Shown here one piece after another: positions 19,638-29,088 of a stretch of DNA of 64,000 nucleotides. A program made the translations under genes and the position numbers. The stretch is from an uncultured Actinomycetota bacterium (GTDB taxonomy: Bacteria; Actinomycetota; Actinomycetes; Propionibacteriales; Nocardioidaceae): the NCBI GenBank assembly GCA_963780275.1, contig CAWABE010000003.1, positions 124,958 through 188,957 on the forward strand, in the 5' to 3' direction. The notes beneath the pieces were generated by a model, which saw nothing but the letters and a program-made list of their open reading frames with translations, did no database searches and had not been told where the DNA came from. Each line of letters starts with the position of its first letter. The first letter of the stretch is position 1.

Positions 19638-20122
19638 TGGGGGACGAGCTCAGCCACCTCGACGAGTCCGGTGCCGCTCGCATGGTCGACGTCTCCGACA
19701 AGCAGGTCACCGCCCGATCGGCCACGGCACGCGGACGCGTCGAGGTCTCGAGCCGGGTCGTCGAGCTGTTGCGAGGCGAGGGCGTGCCCAAGGGTGACGC
19801 GCTCGCCGTCGCCCGCGTCGCCGGGATCATGGCCGCCAAGCGCACACCCGACCTGGTCCCGCTCTGCCATCCACTCGCCATCAGTGGCGTCGACCTGAGT
19901 CTCGACGTGGCGGATGATGCCGTCGAGATCTCCGCCACGGTACGGACCACTGACCGTACAGGCGTCGAGATGGAGGCCCTCACGTCCGTCACCGTCGCCG
20001 CGCTCACCGTCATCGACATGGTCAAGGCCGTCGACAAGCACGCCCGCATCACCGACGTCGAGGTGATCGCCAAGTCGGGCGGACGCAGCGGCGACTGGAG
20101 CCCAGGAAAAGGGACAGCGTGA
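19637..20122 (+). CDS. moaC: Cyclic pyranopterin monophosphate synthase
   Basis: MVDVSDK, PLCHPL, TGVEMEALT, DMVKAVD. Confidence 0.96.
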   Translation: MGDELSHLDESGAARMVDVSDKQVTARSATARGRVEVSSRVVELLRGEGVPKGDALAVARVAGIMAAKRTPDLVPLCHPLAISGVDLSLDVADDAVEISATVRTTDRTGVEMEALTSVTVAALTVIDMVKAVDKHARITDVEVIAKSGGRSGDWSPGKGTA

Positions 20123-20604
20123 AAGGGGCCGTCGTCGTGGCGTCCGGCCGAGCGGCCGAGGGAGTCTACGACGACACGACCGGGCCGCTGCTCGTCGATG
20201 CCCTCACCGACTGGGGCTTCGAAACGCCCGCTCCAGTGGTCGTTCCCGACGGTGACCCGGTCGGCGAGGCCGTGCGGAACGCGCTCGACGACGGCGCCGA
20301 CGTCGTCCTGACCACCGGCGGCACCGGCATCAACCCCACCGATCGCACGCCGGAGGCCGTCCGTCCGCTGCTCGACCGCGAGCTGCCCGGTGTGGCCGAG
20401 GCGATCCGCGCGCACGGAATCGCGAAGGGCGTCCCCACCGCGATGCTGTCGCGCGGGCTGGCGGGCGTGTCCGGCCGCGCAGTGGTGGTCAACCTGCCCG
20501 GGTCGCGCGGGGGAGTGAAGGACGCCATCGATGTACTCGCCGACGTCCTGCCGCACGCGGTCGACCAGCTCCGCGGCGGCGATCACGAACGGGGCGGCTC
20601 CTGA
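20119..20604 (+). CDS. MogA/MoaB family molybdopterin adenylyltransferase
   Basis: DTTGP, TTGGTGINPTDRTPEA, NLPGS. Confidence 0.92.
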   Translation: MKGAVVVASGRAAEGVYDDTTGPLLVDALTDWGFETPAPVVVPDGDPVGEAVRNALDDGADVVLTTGGTGINPTDRTPEAVRPLLDRELPGVAEAIRAHGIAKGVPTAMLSRGLAGVSGRAVVVNLPGSRGGVKDAIDVLADVLPHAVDQLRGGDHERGGS

Positions 20605-21200
20605 CCAGAGGGTGGCCGGTCACGCTCCGGTACGGACACGTCGGCGTCCGGCCGTTGCGTCGGCGCGACGCCTCGACGTGGCAGCGCCTGCGTCGCGACA
20701 ACGCGGGCTGGCTCGGCCCGTGGGAGGCGACTCTTCCGCCAGAGGCCGGACGTCCGTCGATGTCGTACCGCGCCATGATCGGCGCGATGCGGCGTCGTGC
20801 GCGTGCCGGCCGGTCGATGCCGTTCGCGCTCACGTGGGATGAGGAGATGGTCGGCCAGCTCACCGTCAACGGCATCTCCTGGGGCTCGGCGCGATGGGCG
20901 AGCCTCGGCTACTGGGTCGCGCAGAGCCATGCCGGCCGCGGCATCACCACGACCGCGGTCGCTCTGGTGTGCGACCACCTCTTCACCGAGTTGAAGCTGC
21001 ACCGCGTCGAGATCGCCATCCGGCCGGAGAACGCGGCAAGCCTGCGGGTAGTCGAAAAGCTCGGGTTCACCGAGATCGGCACGGCACCGGAGTTCCTGCA
21101 CATCGCCGGCGACTGGCGCGACCACCGCGTCTTCCAGGTGCTCACCGGCCAGGTCGGCGACGGTCTGGTCACGCGACTATCCGCCTCGTCGGCTGAATAG
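20601..21200 (+). CDS. rimJ: GNAT acetyltransferase, RimJ/RimL family (probable CTG start)
   Basis: GWPVTL..., WLGPWEAT, LGYWV, HRVEIAIRPENAASLRVVEKLGF, GDWRDH. First ATG/GTG/TTG in frame is at 20655, downstream of the conserved WPV. Confidence 0.88.
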   Translation: MTRGWPVTLRYGHVGVRPLRRRDASTWQRLRRDNAGWLGPWEATLPPEAGRPSMSYRAMIGAMRRRARAGRSMPFALTWDEEMVGQLTVNGISWGSARWASLGYWVAQSHAGRGITTTAVALVCDHLFTELKLHRVEIAIRPENAASLRVVEKLGFTEIGTAPEFLHIAGDWRDHRVFQVLTGQVGDGLVTRLSASSAE

Positions 21201-21295
21201 TTCACCGGTCTAGTCACACCAGCCACAGAAGGTTTCAGGCGACACACGGCGGCACGTGCCGAGAATCGGCGATCCTGGGGCCTACGGTTTTGCAC

Positions 21296-22159
21296 GTGGG
21301 CACTGGGCTGATCGTTGCGTTCGTCGTCGCCATCTGGGCGGCGTACTTCGTGCCCCTCGTGCTCCGTCGCTACGACGAGGCGAGCACGTCGTCGTCCCTG
21401 GAGGACCTGAGCCCGCTCAGCCGGGTGATCACCCCACCCGCCACCACCGCGGAGCAGGCCGAGACGCCGGAGCCCACACCGGCCGTCGCCGCGCCGTCGT
21501 CCGCGACCGAGACCGAGTCCGATACCGACACCACGCCTCCACCCCGCCCACGGGCGACCGGCCCCCGAATGACTGGCGCAGCAGCGCGGCGGGCCGCCCG
21601 GCGGCGGCGCCGCACCCTGCTCACGCTGCTCGTCGCCACCGCCATCGTCGGTGGCCTGGTCGGTTTCCGGCTGGTGCCGGTCTGGTCGGTCGCGATCCCG
21701 GCCGGACTCGTGCTCGTGTGGCTGGTCGCCTGCCGGGTGCAGGTGCGTCACGAGCGCGGCATCTCCTCGCCAAGGAAGCGGACCGCCAATTCGGTGAAGG
21801 CGTCCGATGCGGAGAGGACCGACGACGAGGTCACGGTCATCGTGTCCGGCCAGGCCGAGGACGTGAATCCTGCCCGCCCCCATGTCATGGAGTCCACGCC
21901 ACTGGAGGTCGACGCCCTCGACGAGCAGCTCGTCATCGCCGCTCCGTCGGTCGCCACCACCGGCGAGCTGGTCTGGGACCCGCTGCCCGTCACCATCCCG
22001 ACGTACGTCACGAAGCCGCGCGCCGGCCGCACCGTGCGCACGATCGACTTCGCCCAGCCGGGCGCCTGGACCTCCGGTCATGTCGAGGGCGAGGACGTCG
22101 AGCTGCCGGGTCGCGAGCGGACCGCCGACGACGCTCAGCGCCGGGCCGCCAACCAGTAG
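21296..22159 (+). CDS. sepX: SepX/GlpR-family divisome membrane protein
   Basis: N-terminal TM ending WAAYFVP, RRRR plus two TMs, C-terminal WDPLPVTIPTYVTKP; lies between rimJ and tRNA-Ala. Confidence 0.75.
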   Translation: MGTGLIVAFVVAIWAAYFVPLVLRRYDEASTSSSLEDLSPLSRVITPPATTAEQAETPEPTPAVAAPSSATETESDTDTTPPPRPRATGPRMTGAAARRAARRRRRTLLTLLVATAIVGGLVGFRLVPVWSVAIPAGLVLVWLVACRVQVRHERGISSPRKRTANSVKASDAERTDDEVTVIVSGQAEDVNPARPHVMESTPLEVDALDEQLVIAAPSVATTGELVWDPLPVTIPTYVTKPRAGRTVRTIDFAQPGAWTSGHVEGEDVELPGRERTADDAQRRAANQ

Positions 22160-22197
22160 AGCGGCGTCCACCGCCTGATATCCTCGGCGTTGATCCC

Positions 22198-22270
22198 GGG
22201 GCTATGGCGCAGTTGGTAGCGCGTCTCGTTCGCAATGAGAAGGTCGGGGGTTCGAATCCCCCTAGCTCCA
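22198..22270 (+). tRNA. tRNA-Ala (anticodon CGC), CCA not encoded
   Basis: GGGGCTATGGCGCAGTTGGTAGCGCGTCTCGTTCGCAATGAGAAGGTCGGGGGTTCGAATCCCCCTAGCTCCA; G3-U70 pair; loop TTCGCAA. Confidence 0.97.
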
Positions 22271-22348
22271 CCGCCCGTGCTCGGCCCCCTCCTCTGAGGA
22301 GCGCCGGCGCGGGTTCGCCATGTCGCCGAGGGGGCCGAGCGCGGGCGG
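22271..22348. repeat. 21-bp imperfect inverted repeat directly after tRNA-Ala
   Basis: CCGCCCGTGCTCGGCCCCCTC (22271-22291) versus GAGGGGGCCGAGCGCGGGCGG (22328-22348), one G-T wobble. Confidence 0.8.
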
Positions 22349-22385
22349 ACGGGCAGAGCGATTCGGGGAGGAGCCTGCGACGGAG

Positions 22386-22403
22386 TCCCCCTAGCTCCAC
22401 CGC
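22386..22403 (+). repeat. Exact 18-bp copy of the tRNA-Ala 3' end (att-like remnant 1)
   Basis: TCCCCCTAGCTCCACCGC at 22257-22274 and 22386-22403. Confidence 0.9.
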
Positions 22404-22455
22404 ACAGCAGCGCGCTTCTCCTTCGGGAGAGGCGCGTTGTGCTCGTACGGGCCGC

Positions 22456-22502
22456 TTGACAGTCCGGAGGTTCATTCATACATTCACACCAGATTTGTAT
22501 GA
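22456..22502 (+). promoter_or_regulatory. Sigma-70-type promoter with overlapping palindromic operator
   Basis: TTGACA (22456-22461), 17 nt, TACATT (22479-22484); TCATACA-N13-TGTATGA (22476-22502). Confidence 0.7.
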
Positions 22503-22516
22503 TTGAAGGGACTCGC

Positions 22517-23992
22517 ATGAGCTTGGGCAGGACAGCGGTGGTTCTCGGCGGCAGCGTCGCCGGACTGTGCGCGGCGGGCGCGCTGGCTCCGCACTTCGAC
22601 GAAGTGCTGGTGCTCGAGCGCGACGAGCTGCCGGCCGATGCCGAGCACCGGCGCGGGGTGCCCCAGAGCAAGCACCCGCACTTCTTCTTGAACTCGGGTC
22701 GCCGGGCCGCCAATGACCTGTTCCCCGGCTTCGAGGAGGACCTCGTGGCCGCCGGTGGAATGCCCCTGGTGGCGTCGATGGACACCGCCTACCTGGATGG
22801 AACCGGCTGGGCGCCACGCAAGCGGGGGGCGCTGTCGATGGTTTATGGATCCCGCATCCTGATCGAGCGAGTCCTTCGTGACAAGGTGCGCGAGCTGGCG
22901 AACGTGAAGGTTCGCGAGGGCGTCTCGGTGAGCGGCCTGCATACCGACGGTGGTGGCATGCCTCGGGGGCGGGTCACCGGCGTCCAGGTCGGTGACGAAC
23001 GGGTCGATGCCGATCTGGTGGTCGACGCGCTCGGACGCGGTTCGTCGGTGTCGAGCTGGCTCGTCGAGGCGGGCTGGCCGGCGGCGCCGGTGATGACGCT
23101 CGACGCCAAGGTGACCTACGTGTCGCGGTGGTACGAGCTCCCGGACGCCGAGTCGCGCGCCGACGCGTGGTGGTGGCAGCACCTGGTGTACATGCCGACG
23201 CAGGAGAACGACGAGCATCCTGACGAGCACGAGTACCTCGTCAACTTCTTCCCGATGGAGGGGAACCGCAGCATCGCCTGCATGGGGTCGTGGGGCCTGG
23301 ACATGCCGCGAACCGTCGACGACTTCCAGGCATCCGCCGAGAGGTTGCGAGCACCGGCCTTCGCGAACGCGATGGCGGCGTCCGAGCCGATCTCGGAGGT
23401 CCACCTGACGCGTTCGACCGGGAACGCGTGGCGCCGGTACGACCAGCTCCCGCACCCGCCGCTCGGGCTGGTGCACGTCGGTGACTCCATCTGCGCGTTC
23501 AACCCCTTCTACGGCCAGGGCATGAGCTCGGCCGCCCTCTCGGCCCGGCTGCTTCGCGACACGCTGGCGTCGACGACCGCGCTGGATGCCGCGTTCTTCA
23601 GGACATTCCTCGCCGCCCAGCGCAAGGAGCTCAAGGTGCCGTGGGGCATGGCGATGGCGCGCGATCGAGGCTACGAGTGCGCCACCGGGACCGAGACCGC
23701 ACCGGACTGGCAGCGCCGCATCCTGGCAGCCATGACCTGGCCGATGTTCAACCTGATCACCGGCGCCGCGCGGGAGTACCCCGTGGTCGACGAGCACTTC
23801 GCCCGCGTCTTCAACATGGACGAGTCACTGAGGGAGATGATGACCAGCCCCCGGGTCATCGTCGCGCTGATCCGGTTCAAGGTCCGGTCGGCCCTGGGCC
23901 GGCTCAGCCTGCCGTTCGGGTTCGACTCCCAGCAGGACCCGCCCGGGAAGGACTGGACGGAACTGGCGGGACAGCAGGTGGAAGCCCGATGA
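22517..23992 (+). CDS. FAD-dependent oxidoreductase/monooxygenase (MonCI/Lsd18 epoxidase-like family)
   Basis: AVVLGGSVAGL, ERDELP....RRGVPQ..H.H, DLVVDALGRGS, GDSICAFNPFYGQGM. Confidence 0.82.
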   Translation: MSLGRTAVVLGGSVAGLCAAGALAPHFDEVLVLERDELPADAEHRRGVPQSKHPHFFLNSGRRAANDLFPGFEEDLVAAGGMPLVASMDTAYLDGTGWAPRKRGALSMVYGSRILIERVLRDKVRELANVKVREGVSVSGLHTDGGGMPRGRVTGVQVGDERVDADLVVDALGRGSSVSSWLVEAGWPAAPVMTLDAKVTYVSRWYELPDAESRADAWWWQHLVYMPTQENDEHPDEHEYLVNFFPMEGNRSIACMGSWGLDMPRTVDDFQASAERLRAPAFANAMAASEPISEVHLTRSTGNAWRRYDQLPHPPLGLVHVGDSICAFNPFYGQGMSSAALSARLLRDTLASTTALDAAFFRTFLAAQRKELKVPWGMAMARDRGYECATGTETAPDWQRRILAAMTWPMFNLITGAAREYPVVDEHFARVFNMDESLREMMTSPRVIVALIRFKVRSALGRLSLPFGFDSQQDPPGKDWTELAGQQVEAR

Positions 23993-25107
23993 GCGCCACC
24001 TGCGATCCATCGGCGGAACAGGTCACCCGCACGCTGGGTTTCGACTGCCACGACGTCAGTCCGGTGGTCTCGTTGCACAACCCCTTCGACCTGGCCCACT
24101 GGTCGATGCCGATCCTCGAGCTGTTGATCATCGCCGGAGCGGTCTTCGCGCTCGTGCACGCGATCCGCCGGTTCCGGGGAGGCGACCCGATCAGTCTGGC
24201 GCTGTGGTTCGCGCCGCTGGTCTACTTGTTCGTCACCGAGCCGCCGTTGTACTTTCCCGAGTGGTTCGGCCTGGACGATCGCTTCGGCTTCATCTTCGCC
24301 CACAACATCTTCACGGTGCAGTTCATGTGGGACCGCCTGCCGCTCTACATCATCGCCATCTATCCGGCACTGACCATGCTGGCGTACGAGGTCGTGCGCG
24401 TTCTCGGCATCTTCCGGCACCGTGGCGCCCTGGCGGGATCGGTCGCCGTCGCGTTCGTCTGTCAGGTGTTCTATGAGGTCTTCGACCAGCTCGGCCCGCA
24501 GCTGAAGTGGTGGGCCTGGAACGACGACAACCTGCAGGTCAACCATCCCGCCCTGGCATCCGTGCCCATGAACAGCATGCTGCTGTTCGCCTCCGTCTCC
24601 TTCGGCGTGATGACGTATCTGGTGGTCCGGCTGGTCGGGTCACCGGCCCCCGACGGCGGACCCCGCCGGGGCTGGTCTCTGGCAATGCGCATCGTGTTGG
24701 CCGGCGTCGTGAGCCCGCCGGCGATGGCGGTGGCCGGGATCCCGGCCGGTGTATTCGGCGGGGACTCTCCCAACCTCACCGCGCAGGCGTGGGTCATCGG
24801 CATCGAGCTCGCCCTGGTGTGGCTGGGCGGCGCTGGGGTGATCGTCACCCATCTCCGCCGCCGCAGCGCTGAGGAGCAGGAGCCGATGACGCCGTTCGCC
24901 CGGATCTATCCGGTCACGTACCTCGTCGTGATGACGGTGCTCTGGATGGGGGCGCTGCCGGCCTTCCTCGACGCCCAGGGCGGCGTCACGGCCGACGGCA
25001 CCCCGATCGGGAGCGGGCTCTACACGATCGCCTGTTTCGCGGGGGCTGCGGCCATCCTGGCAGCGCTCCACACCGGCCGGCGTCGCGCCGAGGTCATGGC
25101 GGGCTGA
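23989..25107 (+). CDS. Multi-pass membrane protein of unknown function (DUF7802-like)
   Basis: About nine TM segments; FTVQFMWDRLPLYI, YEVFDQLGPQLKWWAWN; ATGA-coupled to the oxidoreductase. Confidence 0.7.
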   Translation: MSATCDPSAEQVTRTLGFDCHDVSPVVSLHNPFDLAHWSMPILELLIIAGAVFALVHAIRRFRGGDPISLALWFAPLVYLFVTEPPLYFPEWFGLDDRFGFIFAHNIFTVQFMWDRLPLYIIAIYPALTMLAYEVVRVLGIFRHRGALAGSVAVAFVCQVFYEVFDQLGPQLKWWAWNDDNLQVNHPALASVPMNSMLLFASVSFGVMTYLVVRLVGSPAPDGGPRRGWSLAMRIVLAGVVSPPAMAVAGIPAGVFGGDSPNLTAQAWVIGIELALVWLGGAGVIVTHLRRRSAEEQEPMTPFARIYPVTYLVVMTVLWMGALPAFLDAQGGVTADGTPIGSGLYTIACFAGAAAILAALHTGRRRAEVMAG

Positions 25108-25111
25108 CGAC

Positions 25112-25708
25112 GTGGGGCACCACGGCTGGCAGGGGAACCCGCCGCGGACCGAGGACGAAGCGCGACGCCGGATCATCGCCGCCACGACGTCGTGCGTCGA
25201 GAAGCACGGCGCGGCCAAGACGACGGTCTCCGTCGTCGCGGCCGAGCTGGGCGTCACCCGGCAGACGGTCTACCGCTACTACCCCAGCCACGCCGAGCTT
25301 CTGGAGGCGGTTGCCCAGGCCGGGCTCGCCGATTTCGCCGACCGGATGGTCGCGCACCTGTCCGCGTTCACCACACCGGCCGACGTCGCCATCGAGTCGA
25401 TCGTGTTCGCGGTCGAGACCATCCCCCAGGACCCGGCGATCGGCCTGCTCTTCCAGGCCGGCGAGACCGAGATCTTCGGTCGTGACGTCACGTCGTCCAT
25501 GTCGTTCTCGGTCGGCGCGGACATCCTGCGCCGCGTGCCGGTCGACTGGTCCGAGATCGGCGTCCGGGACGACGAGCTCGAGGGTCTCGCCGAGATCCTG
25601 ATGCGCCTGTTCGCCTCGCTGCTGCAGTACCCGGCCGACCCGCCCTACTCCGCCGACGAGATCCGCGCTCTCGCCCGGCGTTGGCTCGGACCTGCCCTCC
25701 GTGCCTGA
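25112..25708 (+). CDS. TetR/AcrR family regulator
   Basis: ARRRIIAA...VAAELGVTRQTVYRYY HTH. Confidence 0.9.
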   Translation: MGHHGWQGNPPRTEDEARRRIIAATTSCVEKHGAAKTTVSVVAAELGVTRQTVYRYYPSHAELLEAVAQAGLADFADRMVAHLSAFTTPADVAIESIVFAVETIPQDPAIGLLFQAGETEIFGRDVTSSMSFSVGADILRRVPVDWSEIGVRDDELEGLAEILMRLFASLLQYPADPPYSADEIRALARRWLGPALRA

Positions 25709-25727
25709 TCTCTGACGAGACACATGG

Positions 25728-25865
25728 ATGGACGCGCCGCGGGACGAGACGACCCGCTGGGTGGACCGCCAAGGCGAGCTGCTCGAGTGGGACGGACTGC
25801 CTCCGATGTTCACCTTCGACGACCCGGACGGGAATCGCTTCTACGTCGTCGCGGCCGGCGACTGA
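25728..25865 (+). pseudogene. C-terminal remnant of a VOC/glyoxalase-family gene
   Basis: Manual translation MDAPRDETTRWVDRQGELLEWDGLPPMFTFDDPDGNRFYVVAAGD*; the F.DPDGN motif is present but the N-terminal half is missing. Confidence 0.65.
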
Positions 25866-25981
25866 GCCGAGAAGTGAGACCGCCGAGCCGCAGCATGCGT
25901 CCGGAGCGGTAGACTGCACGTGTCGCTGCATCTGATGCACGGCGTGGAGAGGGCCGGTTCACCGCCCGCGAAGCCTTCGTC

Positions 25982-26019
25982 ATGTGAAGGCCGGGGTTCG
26001 AACTCCCCGGCTCCACCGC
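25982..26019 (+). repeat. Degenerate copy of tRNA-Ala from anticodon stem to 3' end (attR-like remnant 2)
   Basis: ATGTGAAGGCCGGGGTTCGAACTCCCCGGCTCCACCGC versus tRNA ATGAGAAGGTCGGGGGTTCGAATCCCCCTAGCTCCACCGC. Confidence 0.72.
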
Positions 26020-26122
26020 GCAACACAGGCCTGACCTGCACCTGTCTCGACCGCCCGGTCGCGGGCTCGAAGGTCGGCACGTCCGTCTCGGCAGCACGCG
26101 GAGGCGGCAGGAGGAGGAGTAC

Positions 26123-28246
26123 GTGGCTCGACGAGGTCAGCGACGGTCCGGGGAGACCCGCACCGCCCCTCGGCAGCAGCAACGCCGCGCCGCCGACAAC
26201 GACGGCATCATTCCGGTGCTCGCCCGGGCAGTGCGCGAGGTCGAGGCGAACGCCCGGCGCGGCCCCGTCACGCCCTCTGGGCGGACCAAGTTCCAGGTGG
26301 TCGCCCTGCTGGCTCGGGAGGAGCGGGCCCGCGTCAAGGCCGACCAGGAGAACACCGAGTCCTACCGCACCGAGCAGCTCAAGCGTCTCGACGGCATCGG
26401 CACCATCCTGGCCAGGACCGCAGCCCGCGACACCTCGCTGCTTGCTCTGCTCGAGGAGGACGCCGATGTCTCGTACGCAGCCACCGAGCTCCGGCACGAC
26501 ATGCTGCGAGCGGCCGGCATCGAGACGCCCGCCGAGGAGGTCGACGACGAGTCCATCCCGCCCGCCAAGGAACGCCGGGTCGTGCCGCAGTCGGTCGTCT
26601 CGCGCCAGCTCGCCAACCCCTTCCTGGCCCCCGACTTCGAGTCGGCCCAGCGCCGCGAGCCCCAGAGCCGCCGGCTGGCCACCTGGGAGCTGCTCGGCCC
26701 GTTGCTCTCCTCGTTCGAGCGTGCCGCCGGCGGGGCGTCGGCCTGCATGGATCTGCCCGAACCGTCGTCCAACCGGGCACCCAGCGGACTGGAGCTCATG
26801 CGGCACCAGGCGCAGCTCGTCACGGCCGCCGCGAACGGACACCGGACGTTCCTGCTCGCCGACGAGCCCGGACTGGGAAAGACCGCCGAAGCGTTGGTCG
26901 CCGCTCATGCCGCTGACGCCTACCCGCTGCTGGCCGTCGTCCCGAACGTCGTCAAGACGAACTGGGCCCGCGAGGTCGGCCTGTGGACTCCCAATCGCAC
27001 CGCGACGGTGATCCACGGTGACGGCGACACGATCGACGCCTTCGCCGACATCGTGATCGTCAACTACGAGGTGCTCGACCGACACGTCGGCTGGCTCGGT
27101 GACCTGGGCTTTCGCGGCATGGTCCTCGACGAGGCGCACTTCATCAAGAACAAGGCGTCGCAGCGCTCGCAGCACGTGCTGCAGCTCTCCGAGCGCATCC
27201 GGGCCCGCACGCCGCGGCCGCTGCTGATGGCGCTCACCGGAACACCACTCATCAACGACATCGACGACTTCCGCAACATCTGGCAGTTCCTCGGGTGGAT
27301 CGACGAGAAGAAGCCGCTGCCCGAGCTGATGCACGCGCTCGAAGAGACCGGCCTCACGCCGATCGACCGGGGATTCTTCGCCGCGGCCCGCAACACCGTG
27401 ATCGACATGGGCATCGTCCGCCGCCGCAAGGTCGACGTGGCCGCCGACATCCCGGCCCGTCGCATCGCCGACCTTCCGGTCGAGCTGGACGACGAGGCCG
27501 GCAGGTCCATCCGCGCGGCCGAACAGGAGCTGGCCCGCCGCCTCGTCTCGCGCTACGAGCGTGCCCTCGAGACCAGGTCGTCTGGTGTCACCGTCGAGGG
27601 CATCGACCACGAGCTCGTGCGTCGTGTGGCCGCGTGGGAGCGCGAGGACACCACCACGACGAAGAGCGAAGAGAACGTCTTCAGCATGATGCGCCGGATC
27701 GGTCAGGCGAAGGCCGGTCTCGCTGCCGACTACACCGCCCAGCTCGCGCGCAGCGTCGGCAAGGTCGTGTTCTTCGCCAAGCACATCGACGTGATGGACG
27801 ACGCCGAGGAGGTCTTCGACAAGCGCGGGATCGGCTTCATCTCGATCCGCGGCAACCAGTCGTCGCAGGCCCGCCAGCAGGGAATCGACGCGTTCGCCAA
27901 CGACCCCGACATCTCCGTGGCGGTCTGCTCGCTCACCGCGGCCGGAGTGGGACTCAACCTGCAGATCGCCTCCAACGTCGTGCTCGCCGAGCTCTCCTGG
28001 ACCGACGCCGAGCAGACGCAGGCCATCGACCGCGTGCACCGCATCGGTCAGGACCAGCCGGTCACTGCCTGGCGCATCATCGCCGCGCAGACCATCGACG
28101 CGAGGATCGCCGAGCTCATCGACAGCAAGGCCGGACTCGCGGCCCGGGCTCTCGACGGTTCCGACGAAGAGGTGGCGTCATCGGTCGACGTCCAGCTCGA
28201 GGCCCTCGTCGCGCTGCTGACGGAAGCGCTGTCAACGGACCAGTAG
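26123..28246 (+). CDS. SNF2-like DEAD/DEAH-box helicase
   Basis: LADEPGLGKT, DEAH, ALTGTP, AAGVGLNL, QAIDRVHRIGQ. Confidence 0.93.
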   Translation: MARRGQRRSGETRTAPRQQQRRAADNDGIIPVLARAVREVEANARRGPVTPSGRTKFQVVALLAREERARVKADQENTESYRTEQLKRLDGIGTILARTAARDTSLLALLEEDADVSYAATELRHDMLRAAGIETPAEEVDDESIPPAKERRVVPQSVVSRQLANPFLAPDFESAQRREPQSRRLATWELLGPLLSSFERAAGGASACMDLPEPSSNRAPSGLELMRHQAQLVTAAANGHRTFLLADEPGLGKTAEALVAAHAADAYPLLAVVPNVVKTNWAREVGLWTPNRTATVIHGDGDTIDAFADIVIVNYEVLDRHVGWLGDLGFRGMVLDEAHFIKNKASQRSQHVLQLSERIRARTPRPLLMALTGTPLINDIDDFRNIWQFLGWIDEKKPLPELMHALEETGLTPIDRGFFAAARNTVIDMGIVRRRKVDVAADIPARRIADLPVELDDEAGRSIRAAEQELARRLVSRYERALETRSSGVTVEGIDHELVRRVAAWEREDTTTTKSEENVFSMMRRIGQAKAGLAADYTAQLARSVGKVVFFAKHIDVMDDAEEVFDKRGIGFISIRGNQSSQARQQGIDAFANDPDISVAVCSLTAAGVGLNLQIASNVVLAELSWTDAEQTQAIDRVHRIGQDQPVTAWRIIAAQTIDARIAELIDSKAGLAARALDGSDEEVASSVDVQLEALVALLTEALSTDQ

Positions 28247-28250
28247 TCAA

Positions 28251-29051
<801 letters not shown>

Positions 29052-29088
29052 GGTGCCATTCTCTCGTGCCCGGTCGCGGCTCCCGACC

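Larger units (their letters stand above)
22275..26019. mobile_element. Degenerate integrase-free genomic island at tRNA-Ala
   Basis: Bounded by tRNA-Ala and a degenerate copy of its 3' part at 25982-26019; carries a three-gene module and a gene remnant; no integrase seen. Confidence 0.6.

Noticed and set aside
21241-21245. GACAC WhiA-type site upstream of sepX
   Set aside because: A 5-mer is too short to support from sequence alone.
25946-26019. Possible complete tRNA-like cloverleaf with a CAT loop
   Set aside because: No convincing acceptor stem or D-arm; better explained as a decayed copy of the tRNA-Ala 3' part.
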